Shown one piece after another: positions 46,693 to 59,186 of a stretch of 64,000 nt of DNA. Made by a program: the position numbers and the translations under genes. Below the pieces are notes generated by a model. The model saw only the letters and a list, made by a program, of their open reading frames with translations, was not told the origin of the DNA and made no database searches. Each line of letters starts with the position of its first letter. The first letter of the stretch is position 1. Source of the DNA: Hypanus sabinus (lineage: Eukaryota); the NCBI RefSeq assembly GCF_030144855.1, contig NC_082710.1, forward strand, positions 144,150,001-144,214,000, in the 5' to 3' direction.

Positions 46693-47574
46693 CATAGAAA
46701 CGTTGAAATAACTTTCCCTTGAAATTCTAAATGAAATTAGATACACCAACATTGTATGCACTTGAATATATTGGTAACAGTGAGATGGATGCCTGATACA
46801 TGCCTCACCAAGAATGCAAGTTTCAGAAACCCAAGGAATCCTGTGGTGTATGGAACAAGTTAGCATTTATACAGCAGCAGCCAAATTTGTTCTGCAACAT
46901 TTGTTTTATAGATTCTCCTGGATTCTGTCTTTTCTCCCTTGAAACACTGACAATTTGTCAAGCAAATTCAAAACACTTTGGCTGCTGGAAATTCAAAATG
47001 AAAACAGAGAATACTGGAAGCACTCAGAAAGCCAGGCAGTATCTGCAGACAGTGAGAAACAGTTAACAGGCCAGGTTGGGGGTCTTTACTGAAACTGAAA
47101 TAGCTTTGGTGGAGGGGGGAGGGAAATGCTAAAGGAAAGAACAAGCCTTAACTGCAATTGTATTGCAAAGCAAACATAGGCTGTTGGGGGAGTGGTAGCA
47201 TACATACTGTAGTTTGACATTTTTCTTTTGATTCCCTCTCCTCCTGTTCAGACTACACTGTCTATGTGGTTCTGTTAGCCCTCATGTTTTGGCCATGCAC
47301 CCTTTTCGTACTGTGTGTGTACTTTGCCCTGTGCCCCAGTAGACTGTTTGGTTTGAGGGTATATTTAGAACATAATCAGCTCCTTCTCTTGTTTGGCACC
47401 CACGTTTCTACTTTTTGCAGCTCCTTTGTATAACGATCAGGAAATAAGAACCTACAAGTGTGAAGAAGCCAGCATAGCCCTGCTCTGCCACTGTTGAAGC
47501 CCAGAAGAGGCAAATACAAGAAACTAGAGCCCTTTGTAGGTGTGTGGGGGACTTCAAACTCGCCAGCGTTTGGA

Positions 47575-48432
47575 TGGTATTGGTATTGGTTTATTATTGT
47601 CACATATGCCATGATACAGTGAAAAGCTTTTCTTGAATACTGTTCACTCAGATCAAATCATTGCACAGTTCACTGAGCTAGAAAAAAGTAAAGTAGTAAC
47701 AATGTAGAATAAATTGTGGAAGTTACCGGAAAAGTGCAGTGCAGGTACACGATAAAGTGCAGGATCATAACAAGGTAAATTGTGAGGCCAAGAGTCTGCC
47801 ATCAGTGGAACAAAATGTGTCCTTGGGCCTCGTGGTATGTGCTTTCAAGCTTTTGCATTCTCTGCCCAATGGGAGAAGGAAGAAGAGACATATTCGGGGT
47901 GGGTGCTGTCTGATTGTGCTACTCACTTTACTGAGGCAGCAAGAAGTGTAGACAGAGCCCATAGAGGGGACACACACAGAATGCTGGAGTAACTCAGCAG
48001 GTCAGGCAGTACCTGTGAAAATGAACAAACAGTTGATGTTTTGGGCTGAGGCCCTTCACCTTGATGAAGAGGTTCGGCTCAAAACGTCTACTGCTTATTC
48101 CATTCCATAGTCGCTGCATGACTTGCTAAGTTTTTCTGGCATTTTGTGTGTGATACTCTGGATCTTCAGCATTCACAGAACCTCTTGTGCCCATAGAGGA
48201 GAGGCTGATTCCTGTGATATGTCCACATTTTCTTACCATCACAAGCAGAGTAATTGCCATACCAAACCATGATCCATCCAAGCAGAATGCTTTCTATGGT
48301 GCATCAAGAAAAGTTGTGAGAAGTCAATGGGGACATGATGAATTTCTTTAGCCTCTTGAGGAAATAGAAGTGTTGGTGAGCTTTCTGGACATGACATCTA
48401 CATGGTTGGACCAGGACAGGCAATTGGTGATG
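47575..48432 (-). mobile_element. Rex1/Babar-type LINE fragment interrupted by a fold-back element
   Basis: FFLLPLGRECKSLKAHTTRPKDTF; (ttggta)n tail at left. Confidence 0.65.
47968..48188. mobile_element. Short fold-back Penelope-derived insertion with 11-bp TSD
   Basis: TSD GCCCATAGAGG 47957-47967 / 48189-48199; inverted arms meeting at ~48060. Confidence 0.85.
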
Positions 48433-48820
48433 CAAGAGCATATCCTTAATGTTATGTGGGTCCATCACTTAATTCATTTTAAAATGAGTGTTATGGGGAC
48501 CCAAACCCCCCCCATTTCAGTAACCTTCCGCTCATTTCCCCCTCCTATAGCACTTCCACACCCCTTTGCCCCATGTCTTGTTAACAGTCAAAGCCAATCG
48601 CTGTAGCCACATGATAAACTACTGGAGGACACTTGTTGATGCTGTTGCGGTAAGTGACGGACAGACAGACATCCCGAGGGAAAGTGAGTACTACTAGCGG
48701 TACCAAGCATGTAGGACTCGTTCAGGCTAGAGATGTTGCAACTGTTTTAATTAGAGCTAAGTTTTTTTTCAGAGGAGATCAAATAGATGAGCTCAGAAAT
48801 CATAATGCAATCCCTTAGGT

Positions 48821-48901
48821 CAGGGGCTCCGAACCTTTTTAATGCCATGGACCAATACCATTAAGCAAGGGGATCCATGGACCCCAGGTTGGGAACTCCT
48901 G
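48821..48901. mobile_element. 81-bp hAT MITE with 8-bp TSD
   Basis: CAGGGGCTCCGAACC...GGTTGGGAACTCCTG; TSD ccttaggt/ccttaggg. Confidence 0.85.
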
Positions 48902-49871
48902 CCTTAGGGTCAATGTGAAGGCTCTCATTCCAGTAGGATTAAGAACTAGAAGGCATTGTTTTAATAGGATTCCCAAATCGGATTCTCTTGATCAATCTTG
49001 TCATGACCCTGGCACCTGATTGCCTACCTGCACTGCGTGCTGTCACTATATACAGCATTTTTTCCTCCTTATTACCTCAGTGTACTTGTGTTTGAAATCA
49101 TCTGCATGGATACCACTTTTAAAAAATAATTTTTCACTGCATCTCAGTATGTGTGACAATAATAAACCAGTTTACCATTCTGCTGGTGTGATCTTGAACA
49201 TGCCTTCTGAAAGTATAATGGGAGCAGGTGGAAACTTCCATGTAGAGAGTATGTTTAAGGCTGTGGCGACAAAGACATGGGGTATGGGCTTATTGGGTGG
49301 AGCTTTCAAAGATGTATTACAAGCAGAGTGCTTGGAAAGTCTTTCTGTGCAATGCTGTACGAATGAATTGCAGAAATAAAAATGGAACCAGATTTCAATG
49401 ATGCTGGGTATCATGATTAGATGCTTAGTTTTATGTAGGGTTAATACCATTTTGTGGTTGGGACTATTGGTGGGGGAATGAGATTGAAGTAAAATGACAG
49501 TTTATTGTTCATTAATTTAGTGAAGCTGTTTGAAATCTATAAGGTGATTTTGATTCCCCATTCCACATTCTGTCTCCTGAAGGTGTTGACTCCTGCTGGA
49601 ATACAACTTTGCTGCCACCAACTGGCAGGAAGTCTCAAATACATCTCCTAGAGGTTACCCTGCATGTTGAAACTAGACAGTGAGTTTTGGATCTTCATCT
49701 AACTATAGACACAACTGTAGCTGAGGTCAGTTTTGCTTTTCCAGCCATAGATGAAAGTAGATTTTGATTTTGTATGGAATGACTCCACATGCTCTGAGAG
49801 GAAAAAGAAAGTCAGCTCACGTTTGTCTTAAATGATCGACACTTTATTTTGAAATAGTGATCTCTGGTTCT

Positions 49872-50462
49872 GTAGAACATGGAACAGTACAGCACAGGAA
49901 CAGGCCCTTCAGCCCACAATATTGTACTGAACCAATTAAGCATTTCTTCCGTCTGCACATGGTACATATCCCTCAATTCTTTGGATATTCATATGCCAAT
50001 CAAAGAACCTTTTAAATACCTTTGTTGCATCTCCCTCACCACCATCCTTGGTAGCACATTTTAGGCACCTATCACTCTCTATAATAAAAGTCTTGCCCCC
50101 AATATGTCCCTTGAATTTGCCCCTTCTCACCTTAAGTGCATGTATTCTAGTATTAGACGTCACAACCAGGTGAACAAATCCAGCTGTGAGAGGCTATCTG
50201 TGCCTCTCTTAGTTTTATAAACTTCTAACAGGACTCTCCTCAGCCTCTGCTCCCCAAATGGAAAAAAAATCAAGATTGCCTAACCTCTCCTTACAGTACA
50301 TGCCCTCTAATCCAGGCAGCATTCTGGTAAACCTCTTCTGCACCCTCATCAAAACCTCCACATCCTTCCTATATTGGGATAGACCAGAATTTAATGCAAT
50401 TCTCCAGATATGGATTAAGCAGTGCTTTATAAAGCTGCAGTATAACTTTCTGACCCTTGAAC
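49872..50462 (-). mobile_element. CR1 3' fragment
   Basis: TSNTRIHALKVRRGKFKG; tail tagaacatggaacagtacagcacaggaacaggcccttc. Confidence 0.85.
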
Positions 50463-50549
50463 TGAAAAGGAAATATTTTCTCTATATTCTCCTGATCAAG
50501 GCTCCGAGGATTTTAGGTGTTTCATTCAAGTTCTCTCTCACTCAGTTAA

Positions 50550-51305
50550 ACCAGAAATAGGCCCTTTGGACATCCATATCAATACTAATCATCAAACACC
50601 ATCCATACCAGACCCATTTACCAGCACTACCAGAGCAATTTGGGTCCTCATCTAGATAATTCTTACATATTATGAGAGATGGTCTTCATCATGTAAATAG
50701 GCATTGTGTTCCAGATTCCAACCACTGGGTAAAATATTTTGTCTTCCTTATCCTCTCTTTGCCATAGTTTTCTGCCCTCTCTATTTTCTTGCTGTCTACT
50801 CTGTCTATGCCCCTTGAATATATACAACAAGTCTAATTTGTCCAATCTTTCCTTATAAGAGAACACCCCCCCCCCCCCAATTCCAGGCATTACTAATAAA
50901 CCTTGTCTGGTCTGCTTCCAATGTATTAACATCTTTTTTAAGTAAGACTAGTAGTGTACACAGCATTCCAGATGTGCTCTTACCAGTGCCCTGTATAACG
51001 GAAGCATTACCTTCCTAATTTTGTATCCCGTTTCCTTGGCAATAAACAATCACATTCCATTAGCTTTCTGAAAGTACTTGCCACAGTGGCATTTTTGTCA
51101 GCATTATAAATCATGTACTAGGACAGACAAGTCCCTCTGAACCTCACACATTTAGATAAAATGTCTCATTTTAATTCTTCCTGGCAAAGTCAATGATTTC
51201 ACATGTTCCCACACACTGCATTGCAAATCTCTGCCCACTCATTTACCCTCCCTACTTTCCCTCACAGATTCCTTGTGTCTGCTTCACAACTTTCCAACCT
51301 GTGCT
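50550..51305 (-). mobile_element. Old CR1 fragment
   Basis: YKERLDKLDL; reverse LYRALVRAHLECCVH at ~50955-50997. Confidence 0.65.
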
Positions 51306-51431
51306 TGTGCCATCAACACAGGCAGAGTGTTGAACCTGAACTTGTGTGGCTAAACCTCACCGATGATCCATCAGGGAGACTTTGAGACACTCGTGTATAG
51401 TTACAAAGTGTTCATTAGGTTGAAAGGAAGG

Positions 51432-51695
51432 ACGATATGCCTTTCACCACTGCAAACTCTGTACAGCTAATGAAGCACCTTTGAGGTGGGATCATTATTC
51501 TAATGGGGCCCCATTTTGTGCACAGTTGCTCCTACAACCAACAAAGTAATTACACAATCCCCCTTAAAAATATGGAGTAAGTGATGAGTATTTACCACAT
51601 TTCCCTGCTCCTGTTTGAAGGTGTGCTTTGAATTATTTTACATCATCTTGAGAGAGCAAGAAGGTTTTCTATTGATGTGAAAGACAGCACCTCAT
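51432..51695 (-). mobile_element. Deu-domain SINE remnant
   Basis: Reverse similarity to 53420-53685 and 54880-55135 (cagctaatgaagcac, ttttgtgcacag, cctgctcctgtttgaa, gaaagacagcacctc). Confidence 0.5.
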
Positions 51696-53419
51696 AGAAT
51701 TTTAAGCATTGAAAACCAGCCATTCTGCCTCATAATCTCCTATACTTCAGCGACTGAAATGCTAATCTAGGCAGTTCTTAAATGCTGTCAGTGACTCTAT
51801 ATCACTCTCGTAGGTAGTGTTTTCCAGGTACTCTCAACACTCTAGGCAAAGTAGCTCTGGTATTGCAGCTCTCCCTCTTCTAACCCATGTGAGGGTGTGC
51901 TACGCACTGAGGCAAACCGGATGGGGAGTCAATCAGTCTTGAAATGAAGTGGTTATGCCTGTGAGAACGCTGAGCTCTAAACTTTAGAGCTGATCAGCAT
52001 TTAAAGGGTTAAATCCATGGGTGCACTTTATTTAAAAAAAGATGTGATTCAGCTATCAATTTTCCTTGTACTGTACACTGTGAAGTCATATACATCTGTA
52101 CTTAATTTATAGAAGAAGTTAATGAGAAACTTCAAACAATTTAAATGTCAATTACAAAGAAAGCATGGTTTGAAAATTCCAGTAATCTGTCCATATTGGG
52201 ATTCAAACCATGTTCCCAGGTGTATATAATTCATGGCAGATGACATTCCAAAGACCCAATTACAGAGGTTCTGCTAATCTTCAACACAGGATTGAGTGCA
52301 GGAGCACACTGAGCATCTGTCACGCCATGTTGTGACTGCATTGAGACATGAGCTCGAAAATATTACTGTACATAAACTTTATGTCACATTAGTAATGAAG
52401 TTGAGCTTCAAAGTTATTAGTACTTTGGACAGACTAGAAATGTGAACTTTACTGTGCTGCTGTAGTTTTGCAGCAGTAAAGAAAAATGAGCCTCTGGATT
52501 ATAAAAGAAAGTGTAATACTTTTGTTCTTTGATTTTGTATTACAATATTTATATTTTATGTAGCTTTTTAAGGTGCTTAGCCTTTGAATTGCCTTTGAAA
52601 TTGAGTTGTGTGATATTAGCATGATGCATCTTCAGCCAGGCTATGCATTGTGAAAGCTACATTTCCTTTTTCTGCTGAGCATGAGTGTCTTTCCTACTTT
52701 CTAGTGTGGGCTGCAGTGTATCAGGGACACCAACAAGCCAAAGATTAAGTAATATCCCGAAAGAAAAAAAGATTGACTGCAAGTATGAAGTCGACAAGTG
52801 ATGAAAGTAGCCCTGAGGTTGCCAATTAAATAGGCAAGGCCTGGAACTGATAAGTTAATGGGCAGTTTCCCCTTTTTTTGGCCAGCAGAAGCTTTAAAGT
52901 ACAGGTTATAAAAATCAGAAGTGTAACCTATTTCCTACAACATATCCAATTAAGCTGAACCACTTAGACTTTGCAGACTTTGTCTTTCTTCTTTCTTAGT
53001 TTGGGTTAACTGATAGAGTGCTGAATTCCGAGAATCATCATCAAGATAGTTCAGTTTGTGAAGTATAGACCTGCTTGCTTTATTCATTTCAAATTTAGGG
53101 AAAATACATTTCAAGCTGCTTTTACGTAGATCAACATGTAATTATTCTGAAGCCAATTAAAATTCGATTTTATCACAACAGCTGCCCATTTTAGGTAAAT
53201 GATGCACTTTGGAAAAAAAGTTGGTTGCTACATTTATGAGTTTTAATTTTTGCTGAGCTGGGGAATATATTGACTTCCTTGTGTGTGCACCACAAGTGAT
53301 TACAAATTAAGGCACAAGTCCTGTTGAAAGTAACAGATTTGTGTAAATAATATAATGTAGTATTTGAGTTGTTAGGCTTCCTGCATTGTTGAATTATTCC
53401 TTGGAAGTGAACTTAAGAT

Positions 53420-53685
53420 CCACACTCCAGGGCACAAAAACAATGTCTTTATTCGAAGAAGAGCAATGGCATTCTTTCCAATATCTAGGTTCAAATCTAC
53501 CCTTCATCACTAGAACTGATTATGAAGTCAGTATCTTCTTGCTCTTTGTGGGATCCTGTTGTGCAGGAATTGGCAACTGTGTCTGATGATGATAATAGTG
53601 ACAACCCTTTAAAACTGCTTTGGCTGTAAAGTACTTTGCAGAGTCCAGAATAAGGTGCTATGTAAATGTAACTTTGTTTTCATCT
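53420..53685 (+). mobile_element. Deu-domain SINE (SacSINE1/AmnSINE-related) 3' half
   Basis: attcgaagaagagca...ttgtgggatc.tgttgtgc..aattggc...ggctgtaaagtacttt...gctatgtaaatg. Confidence 0.65.
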
Positions 53686-54117
53686 TTGCCACCTAGGATT
53701 TCATACCTTTAGGTCTGTGGCCTTAAACTGATCATGTATAATGTATCAGGATCATTTTGCTGAAAAGTTTAAATTCGAAGGGCCTGTATTGTGCTGTAGG
53801 TTTTCTATGTTTCTATTAAACTGAAATTGTCAATAAAACATTCAATTATATTAATTTCACTTATTGAATATTGACAAATTAAAATCCAATATATCTTTTA
53901 TTATTGCTCAATTTGTGGAGTATACTTTGATTTTGCTATTGATGGTTTTTTAATGCTACTCTTTACATTGGTTTCCATATGCAGTATTCTTATGTTTAGA
54001 TTCTTGTATTTTACAGAAACCCTAATCTTAAAATGGATATTACTGATTTTCCCATAGATATCATTTCTATGGCCCAGAGATCTAATAATTCAGCTCTTGA
54101 AAGTCCAAGTGATTTTT

Positions 54118-54540
54118 TTCATGAAGGATCCCACCCACCCTGCTCAAGGACTGTTTATCCCACTCCCATTAAGGAGGAGGCTGCGTAGCATCCACACCAG
54201 GACCACCAGACTCAAAAGGCTGCCTTCTCCAAGCAGTAAGGCTGATCAACATCTCCAGCCGTTAACTAACCCCACGAAAACGCTACCACCACTACTTTAT
54301 CACTTCTTGTCAGGGTCGCCTTGTGTACAGACACTCCTGTACCTAGCATCACTTTATGCACATACAACTAATCAATCTATTTATATAAGTATCTTATGTA
54401 ATTATATCTGTTTTTTTTTATTAGTGTGCTCTTTATCTTACTGTTTTTTTTTGTGTTGCATCATATCGGGAGTAATAATAATTTTGTTCTCCTTTATGTT
54501 AACTGGAAATGGCATTAAACAATCTTGAATCATGAATCTC
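54118..54540 (+). mobile_element. Rex1/Babar-type LINE 3' end
   Basis: MKDPTHPAQGLFIPLPLRRRLRSIHTRTTRLK; tail attaaacaatcttgaatcatgaatc. Confidence 0.8.
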
Positions 54541-54771
54541 TGTTTGTGCTTTCTTTCTTTAATACCTTATTCAGTTTGAATTATATCAGCCTGTATATTT
54601 GGAATGACAGATCTTCGGTTAAAAAGTACCCCATTGACAAGGGTGCGAGAACTGTGAAATAATTGTTAATGCTGTCAAACGAAGCTGGTTTTATGATAAA
54701 TGGCTTTCAACATCCACACCATAAAACTGGCCCCTGCCCCTTGGCTTATTGGTTGGTAAATTTTATTGGGT

Positions 54772-55133
54772 GTTAGTTGTGCCTCAGTGGATCACACTCT
54801 CACTGCTGAGTCAGAAAATTGTGGGGTTCAAATCCCGTTCCAAAGGTTAGTTCACAAAAACCTAAGCCGTAGTGTGAAGGGACGTCTTCAGAGTGAAATG
54901 TTAAACCAAGGCTTCTGCTGTCAGATGGATGAAAGCGATGCCATGCAAGTTTTTTAAACAAAACTTCCCAATTGAACTAGTTAATATTTATCCCTCTTCT
55001 AACTCCATTAAAATTGGGTTATCTTGATGCCATTACAATATTCTTTGCAGGAGCTGCTATGTAAATTAACCGCCAAGTTCCGCACACTACAACAGCGACT
55101 ACATTTCAGAAAGTTCTTTATGATTGTAAACGC
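54772..55133 (+). mobile_element. Deu-domain tRNA-derived SINE
   Basis: gcctcagtgg A box, ggttcaaatccc B box, atgttaaaccaaggc, aatatttatccctc, acaacagcgactaca. Confidence 0.65.
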
Positions 55134-55515
55134 AAGAGATCTGTAAACAGATGCTGGAAATCTCGAGCAACACACAAATGCCGGAACTCTTAGGGAGCAT
55201 CTGTAGAGGAGAATTAACAGTTGATGTTTCTGGCCCAACACTTCATCAGAACTGGAAAGGAAGGGGGATAGAAGCCAGAATAAGAAGGTGGGTGGGAGGG
55301 GATGGAGTACAAGCTGGGAGGTGATAGGTGGTTGAAGTAAAAGGCAAAAGAAGGAATCTAATAGGAAAGGAAAGTTGAACCGTGGGAGAAGGGAAACCAG
55401 AGGGAGGTGAGAAGGAATGTGAGGGTAATCAGTATGGGGAATAGAAAAAAAGAGATGAGGAGAGAGAGGAGAAATGACCTCTCCCAGCTTCTCAATTTAT
55501 TTCCCTCTCCATCTA
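55134..55515 (-). mobile_element. Penelope terminal fragment with hammerhead motif at 55218-55254
   Basis: Reverse strand cagtt-CTGATGA-agtgttgggcca-GAAA-catc-aactg (5-bp helix I); purine-rich UTR. Confidence 0.7.
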
Positions 55516-55939
55516 CTCTTGTTCTTAAACATACTGTATTGATATAGTATTCTGAATTAGTAGAATGTTTCAAGGTACTTCTTGGAACTGTTACCTAAGA
55601 AATGATGATGAACCGTAGTGTAACAGATTTGACAAACCTAGGAATGAAAATAAAGTTTCTTAAAAGAAGAAAGACTGAGAGGTTTATATTAAAATTCCAG
55701 GGCATAGTGTCTAGGCAGCTGCCAATGGTGGAATGATTCTAGTGTTGAGAGGGATAGGGATAGATGAGGCAGTGTGGGTGGGAGGGCTGATTTCCAAGTC
55801 AGTGAACATGGAGTTAATGAGGATAACGTCTACAGGCTATGATGCTGCTGCAACTAAGTTTTTCATTGTTATTCTGTACATGTACTTTTACACATGACAA
55901 TAAATCTGACTTTGACATTAAAGGGTGCTGTGAGTAAGG

Positions 55940-56300
55940 ATGCAGGCAACGTCCCATCATTAAAGATCCACACCATCCAGTTCATGCCATGTTCTCTCAG
56001 CTACCGTCGAGCAGCAGGTACAGAAGCCTGAAGTCTCACGAACAGCTTCAGCCATTCAGTTCTTGCAACAATGTGCACAACCATAATCAGTAAAGCATGA
56101 CTATGACCTTTGCACTAAAATGGACTTTGTTTTTTCTATTTTTGTATTTTCTATTCTGTTCTTTCTTGTAAACATTGTGTTTTGTTTATATTTTACTTGC
56201 GAATGTTGCTTTTATGATGTACTGTGCCTGTGATGCTGCTGCAGGTAAGGTTTTTCATTGCACCTGTGCATACCTGCACTTGCACATATGACAATAAACT
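55940..56300 (+). mobile_element. Rex1/Babar-type LINE 3' end
   Basis: IIKDPHHPVHAMFSQLPSSSRYRSLKS; tail catatgacaataaact. Confidence 0.75.
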
Positions 56301-56789
56301 CTGTGTGAGCTCAGGTGCAGAGTGAAAGGCCACTTACAGGTGTAGTTATTGTTGCATCTAGAAGTAACAGGTTGAGGGTTTCAGCAGGAAATGAACTGGA
56401 GGAGGAGTGGAAAGAAGTGGATTTAAATGGATGTGGAAATCCTTGTAATACAGTATCAAAACCTGCAGGACTAGTTCAGTGCAGCCTAGATGAGTCAAAG
56501 GGCCTGTTTCTGTGCTATTGTACAGGTCTGTAGTACACTTGGATGAAGTGTAACTACAGAACAAAGATCTATGTTATTGATTAAAATATATATTTTTAAC
56601 TCTTATATTTTAGCTTGTTTCCAGAGTAGTATCTACCATGACCATGGGGACATAGATTTTATTTCAAATTTGAAAAGAATTCTTGGCAGATTTAGTGGAA
56701 TAGTATTGGAAATGAGAATAATTAAGATGAGAGTTGCTTGAAATCTCAATAAATATTGTTATCAGACCCAGGAGGAAAGAGTTCTTATG

Positions 56790-57544
56790 TTACCAAGTTA
56801 TGGCGTCAAGTTAGGAAAAGAGGAAGTACAATGAGATCTAGGTATCTTTGTTCATCAAGTCACTGAAAATAAGCATGCAGGTACAGCAGGCAGTGAAGAA
56901 AGCTAATGGCATGCTGGCCTTTATAACAAGGGGAGTTGAGAATAGGAGCAAAGAGGTCCTTCTGCAATGTACAGGGCCCTGGTGAGACCACACCTGTAAT
57001 ATTGTGTTCAGTTTTGGTCTCCAAATTTGAGGAAGGACATTCTTACTATTGAGGGAGTGCAGTGTAGGTTCATGAAGTTGATTCCCAGGATGGCGTGACT
57101 GTCATACGTTGAAAGATTGGAGTGACTGGGCTTGTATACACTGGAACTTAGAAGGATGAGAGGGAATCTGATTGAAACATATAGGATTATTAAGGGATTG
57201 GACATGCTAGAGGCAGGAAACATGTTCCTGATGTTGCGGGAGTCCAGAACCAGAGGCCACAGTTTAAGAATAAGGGGTAGGCCATTTAGAACAGAGTTCA
57301 GGAAAAACTTTTTCACCCAGAGAGTTATGGATCTATGGAATGCTCTGCCTCAGCAGACAGTGGAGGCCAATTCTCTGGATGTTTTCAAGAAAGAGTTAGA
57401 TAGAGCTCTTAAAGATAGCAGAGTCAAGGGATATGGGGAGATGGCAGGAACGGGGTACTGATTGTGGATGATCAGCCATGATCACGTTGAATGGCCGTGC
57501 TGGCTTGAAGGGCCAAATGGCCTACTCCTGCACTTTGTCTATTG
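56790..57544 (+). mobile_element. CR1 3' fragment
   Basis: LELRRMRGNLIETYRIIKGLD..ESRTRGHSLRIRGRPFRTEFRKNFFTQRVMDLWNALP. Confidence 0.92.
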
Positions 57545-57967
57545 TTATGGTATTGATATTAGTATATTTTGAATTTGTACATCATTTTTATGGTTGATAG
57601 GAGGATAGTCATAGGTTGCAGAATGATATTGGTCAGCTGGTAAATTGGGCAGAGTGAAGGCCAGTGGAATTTAATCCTGTTAGGTGTGAGAAATACAATT
57701 TCAGAAATCTAATAAAGCTAGGATGTGCACATTGAATGGGTGGACCCTAGAGTTATTGAGGAACAGAAAGACCTCAGTATATGGGTCCATTGATCCCTAA
57801 GAATGACAGCACAGATAGACTGGGTGGTGATGAAGGCATATTGAATGTGGGCCTTCATTAGCAGGAGCAAAAAGTATAAGAGCATTGAAGTCTTGATACT
57901 AAGTTCTAAAAGTTTGGTAAGGTCTCAGAGTAGTGTGTATAGTTCTGGTCACCATGCCACAAGGGCA

Positions 57968-58724
57968 GGTGACCCCCCCCCCAACCCCCCCATTAGTGAA
58001 AACCCCAGGTCGGCAAGCCCCAAAATTGGAGGTCTGTGTCAGCAGGAGGCACAAGGGATGGTGATCCCCAGGGTTGGAGGTCCTCAAGAAACCGGAGTTC
58101 ATACCCTGGAGTTTAAATTCCCATGATAAGCAAGTGCTGGGATCAGTGAGTCTGGAAATCGAATCCCAAAGGTCAAAGCCCCTGAGTTGGTGTGTCCAGA
58201 AGTCAGAGGCCCGATATCTGTGAGTCTAGGCCATGAATGACCCCTCAGGTCTGTGTGTCTGGACTGTGGATGAACTCTCAGGTTGTTGAGTCCTAGTTGG
58301 AAGCCCATGTTCAAAGTCCATGATCAATGATTTCTGAGGTCATCACTGAAGGTCAAAGACTGAAGCTGGTGAGACTGGAAGTTGAGGCTCGAGGGTCAAG
58401 TCCCTCCATCGGTGTGTCTGGTTTTTGAGGGCTGATGTCTGCGAGTCTGCTCCAGAAACTGGAGATTAGAGGTACAGAGGCAGTCTGCCCTGGGGTTCGA
58501 GGCCTGCTGTGGGTGAGAGGGAGCAAAGGAGCTTGTTTTGCTGCTGTTGTGTTCTTGTTTGTGTTGTTCCACTGGACTTTGTAGGCATGTTATGTTGCCC
58601 CAGTGATTCTTATGTTTGTGGTGACTCTTGCAGGCTATTCCCAACATATCCATAGATTGTGTTGGTTGTTAACTCAAATGACACATTTCACTACGTTTTG
58701 ATGTTTGTTCAGTGAATAAATGAA
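57968..58724 (+). mobile_element. Unclassified non-coding retroposon-like insertion with 11-bp TSD
   Basis: TSD cca(c/t)aagggca 57957-57967 / 58725-58735; tail acatttcact...gaataaatgaa. Confidence 0.6.
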
Positions 58725-58919
58725 CCATAAGGGCATAGCTGTTCTGGAGGGAGTGCAAAGGTGACTTACCAGGATTGCCTGTATTGACCAATTTTGGTTA
58801 TGAAGAGGGACTGGATAGACTTGTTTGTTTTTCTTGGAGCAGCAGAGACTGAGGAGTTGTGAGAGACATGTACAGAATAATGTGGGGCAACTAGTGGATA
58901 ATAAACCATTCCCCATTCA

Positions 58920-59186
58920 GGTGCAACGATAGCGGAGCAGTTGGCACGATGCTTTCACAGCTCAGAGCGTTCCAGAGTTCAGAGTGCACTTCCAGTGCCA
59001 TCTGTAAGGAGCTTGTACGTTCTCCCACTGAACCGTGTGAGTTTCCTCCCACAGTCCCAAGATGTTCCAGTTAGTAGGTTAATTGGTCATTGTGACTTGT
59101 CCTGTGATTTGGGCTAGTGTTGCTGGGTGGTGCAGTTCGTTGGGCTGGAGGGGCTTGCTCTGTGCTGTATCGCTAAATAAATAAAA
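58920..59186 (+). mobile_element. V-domain SINE
   Basis: ctgtaaggagcttgtacgttctccc...gtttcctcccacagtcc; (TAAA)n tail. Confidence 0.8.

Noticed and set aside
55600-55680. Box C/D snoRNA (ATGATGA...CTGA)
   Set aside because: No convincing terminal stem or recognisable rRNA antisense element
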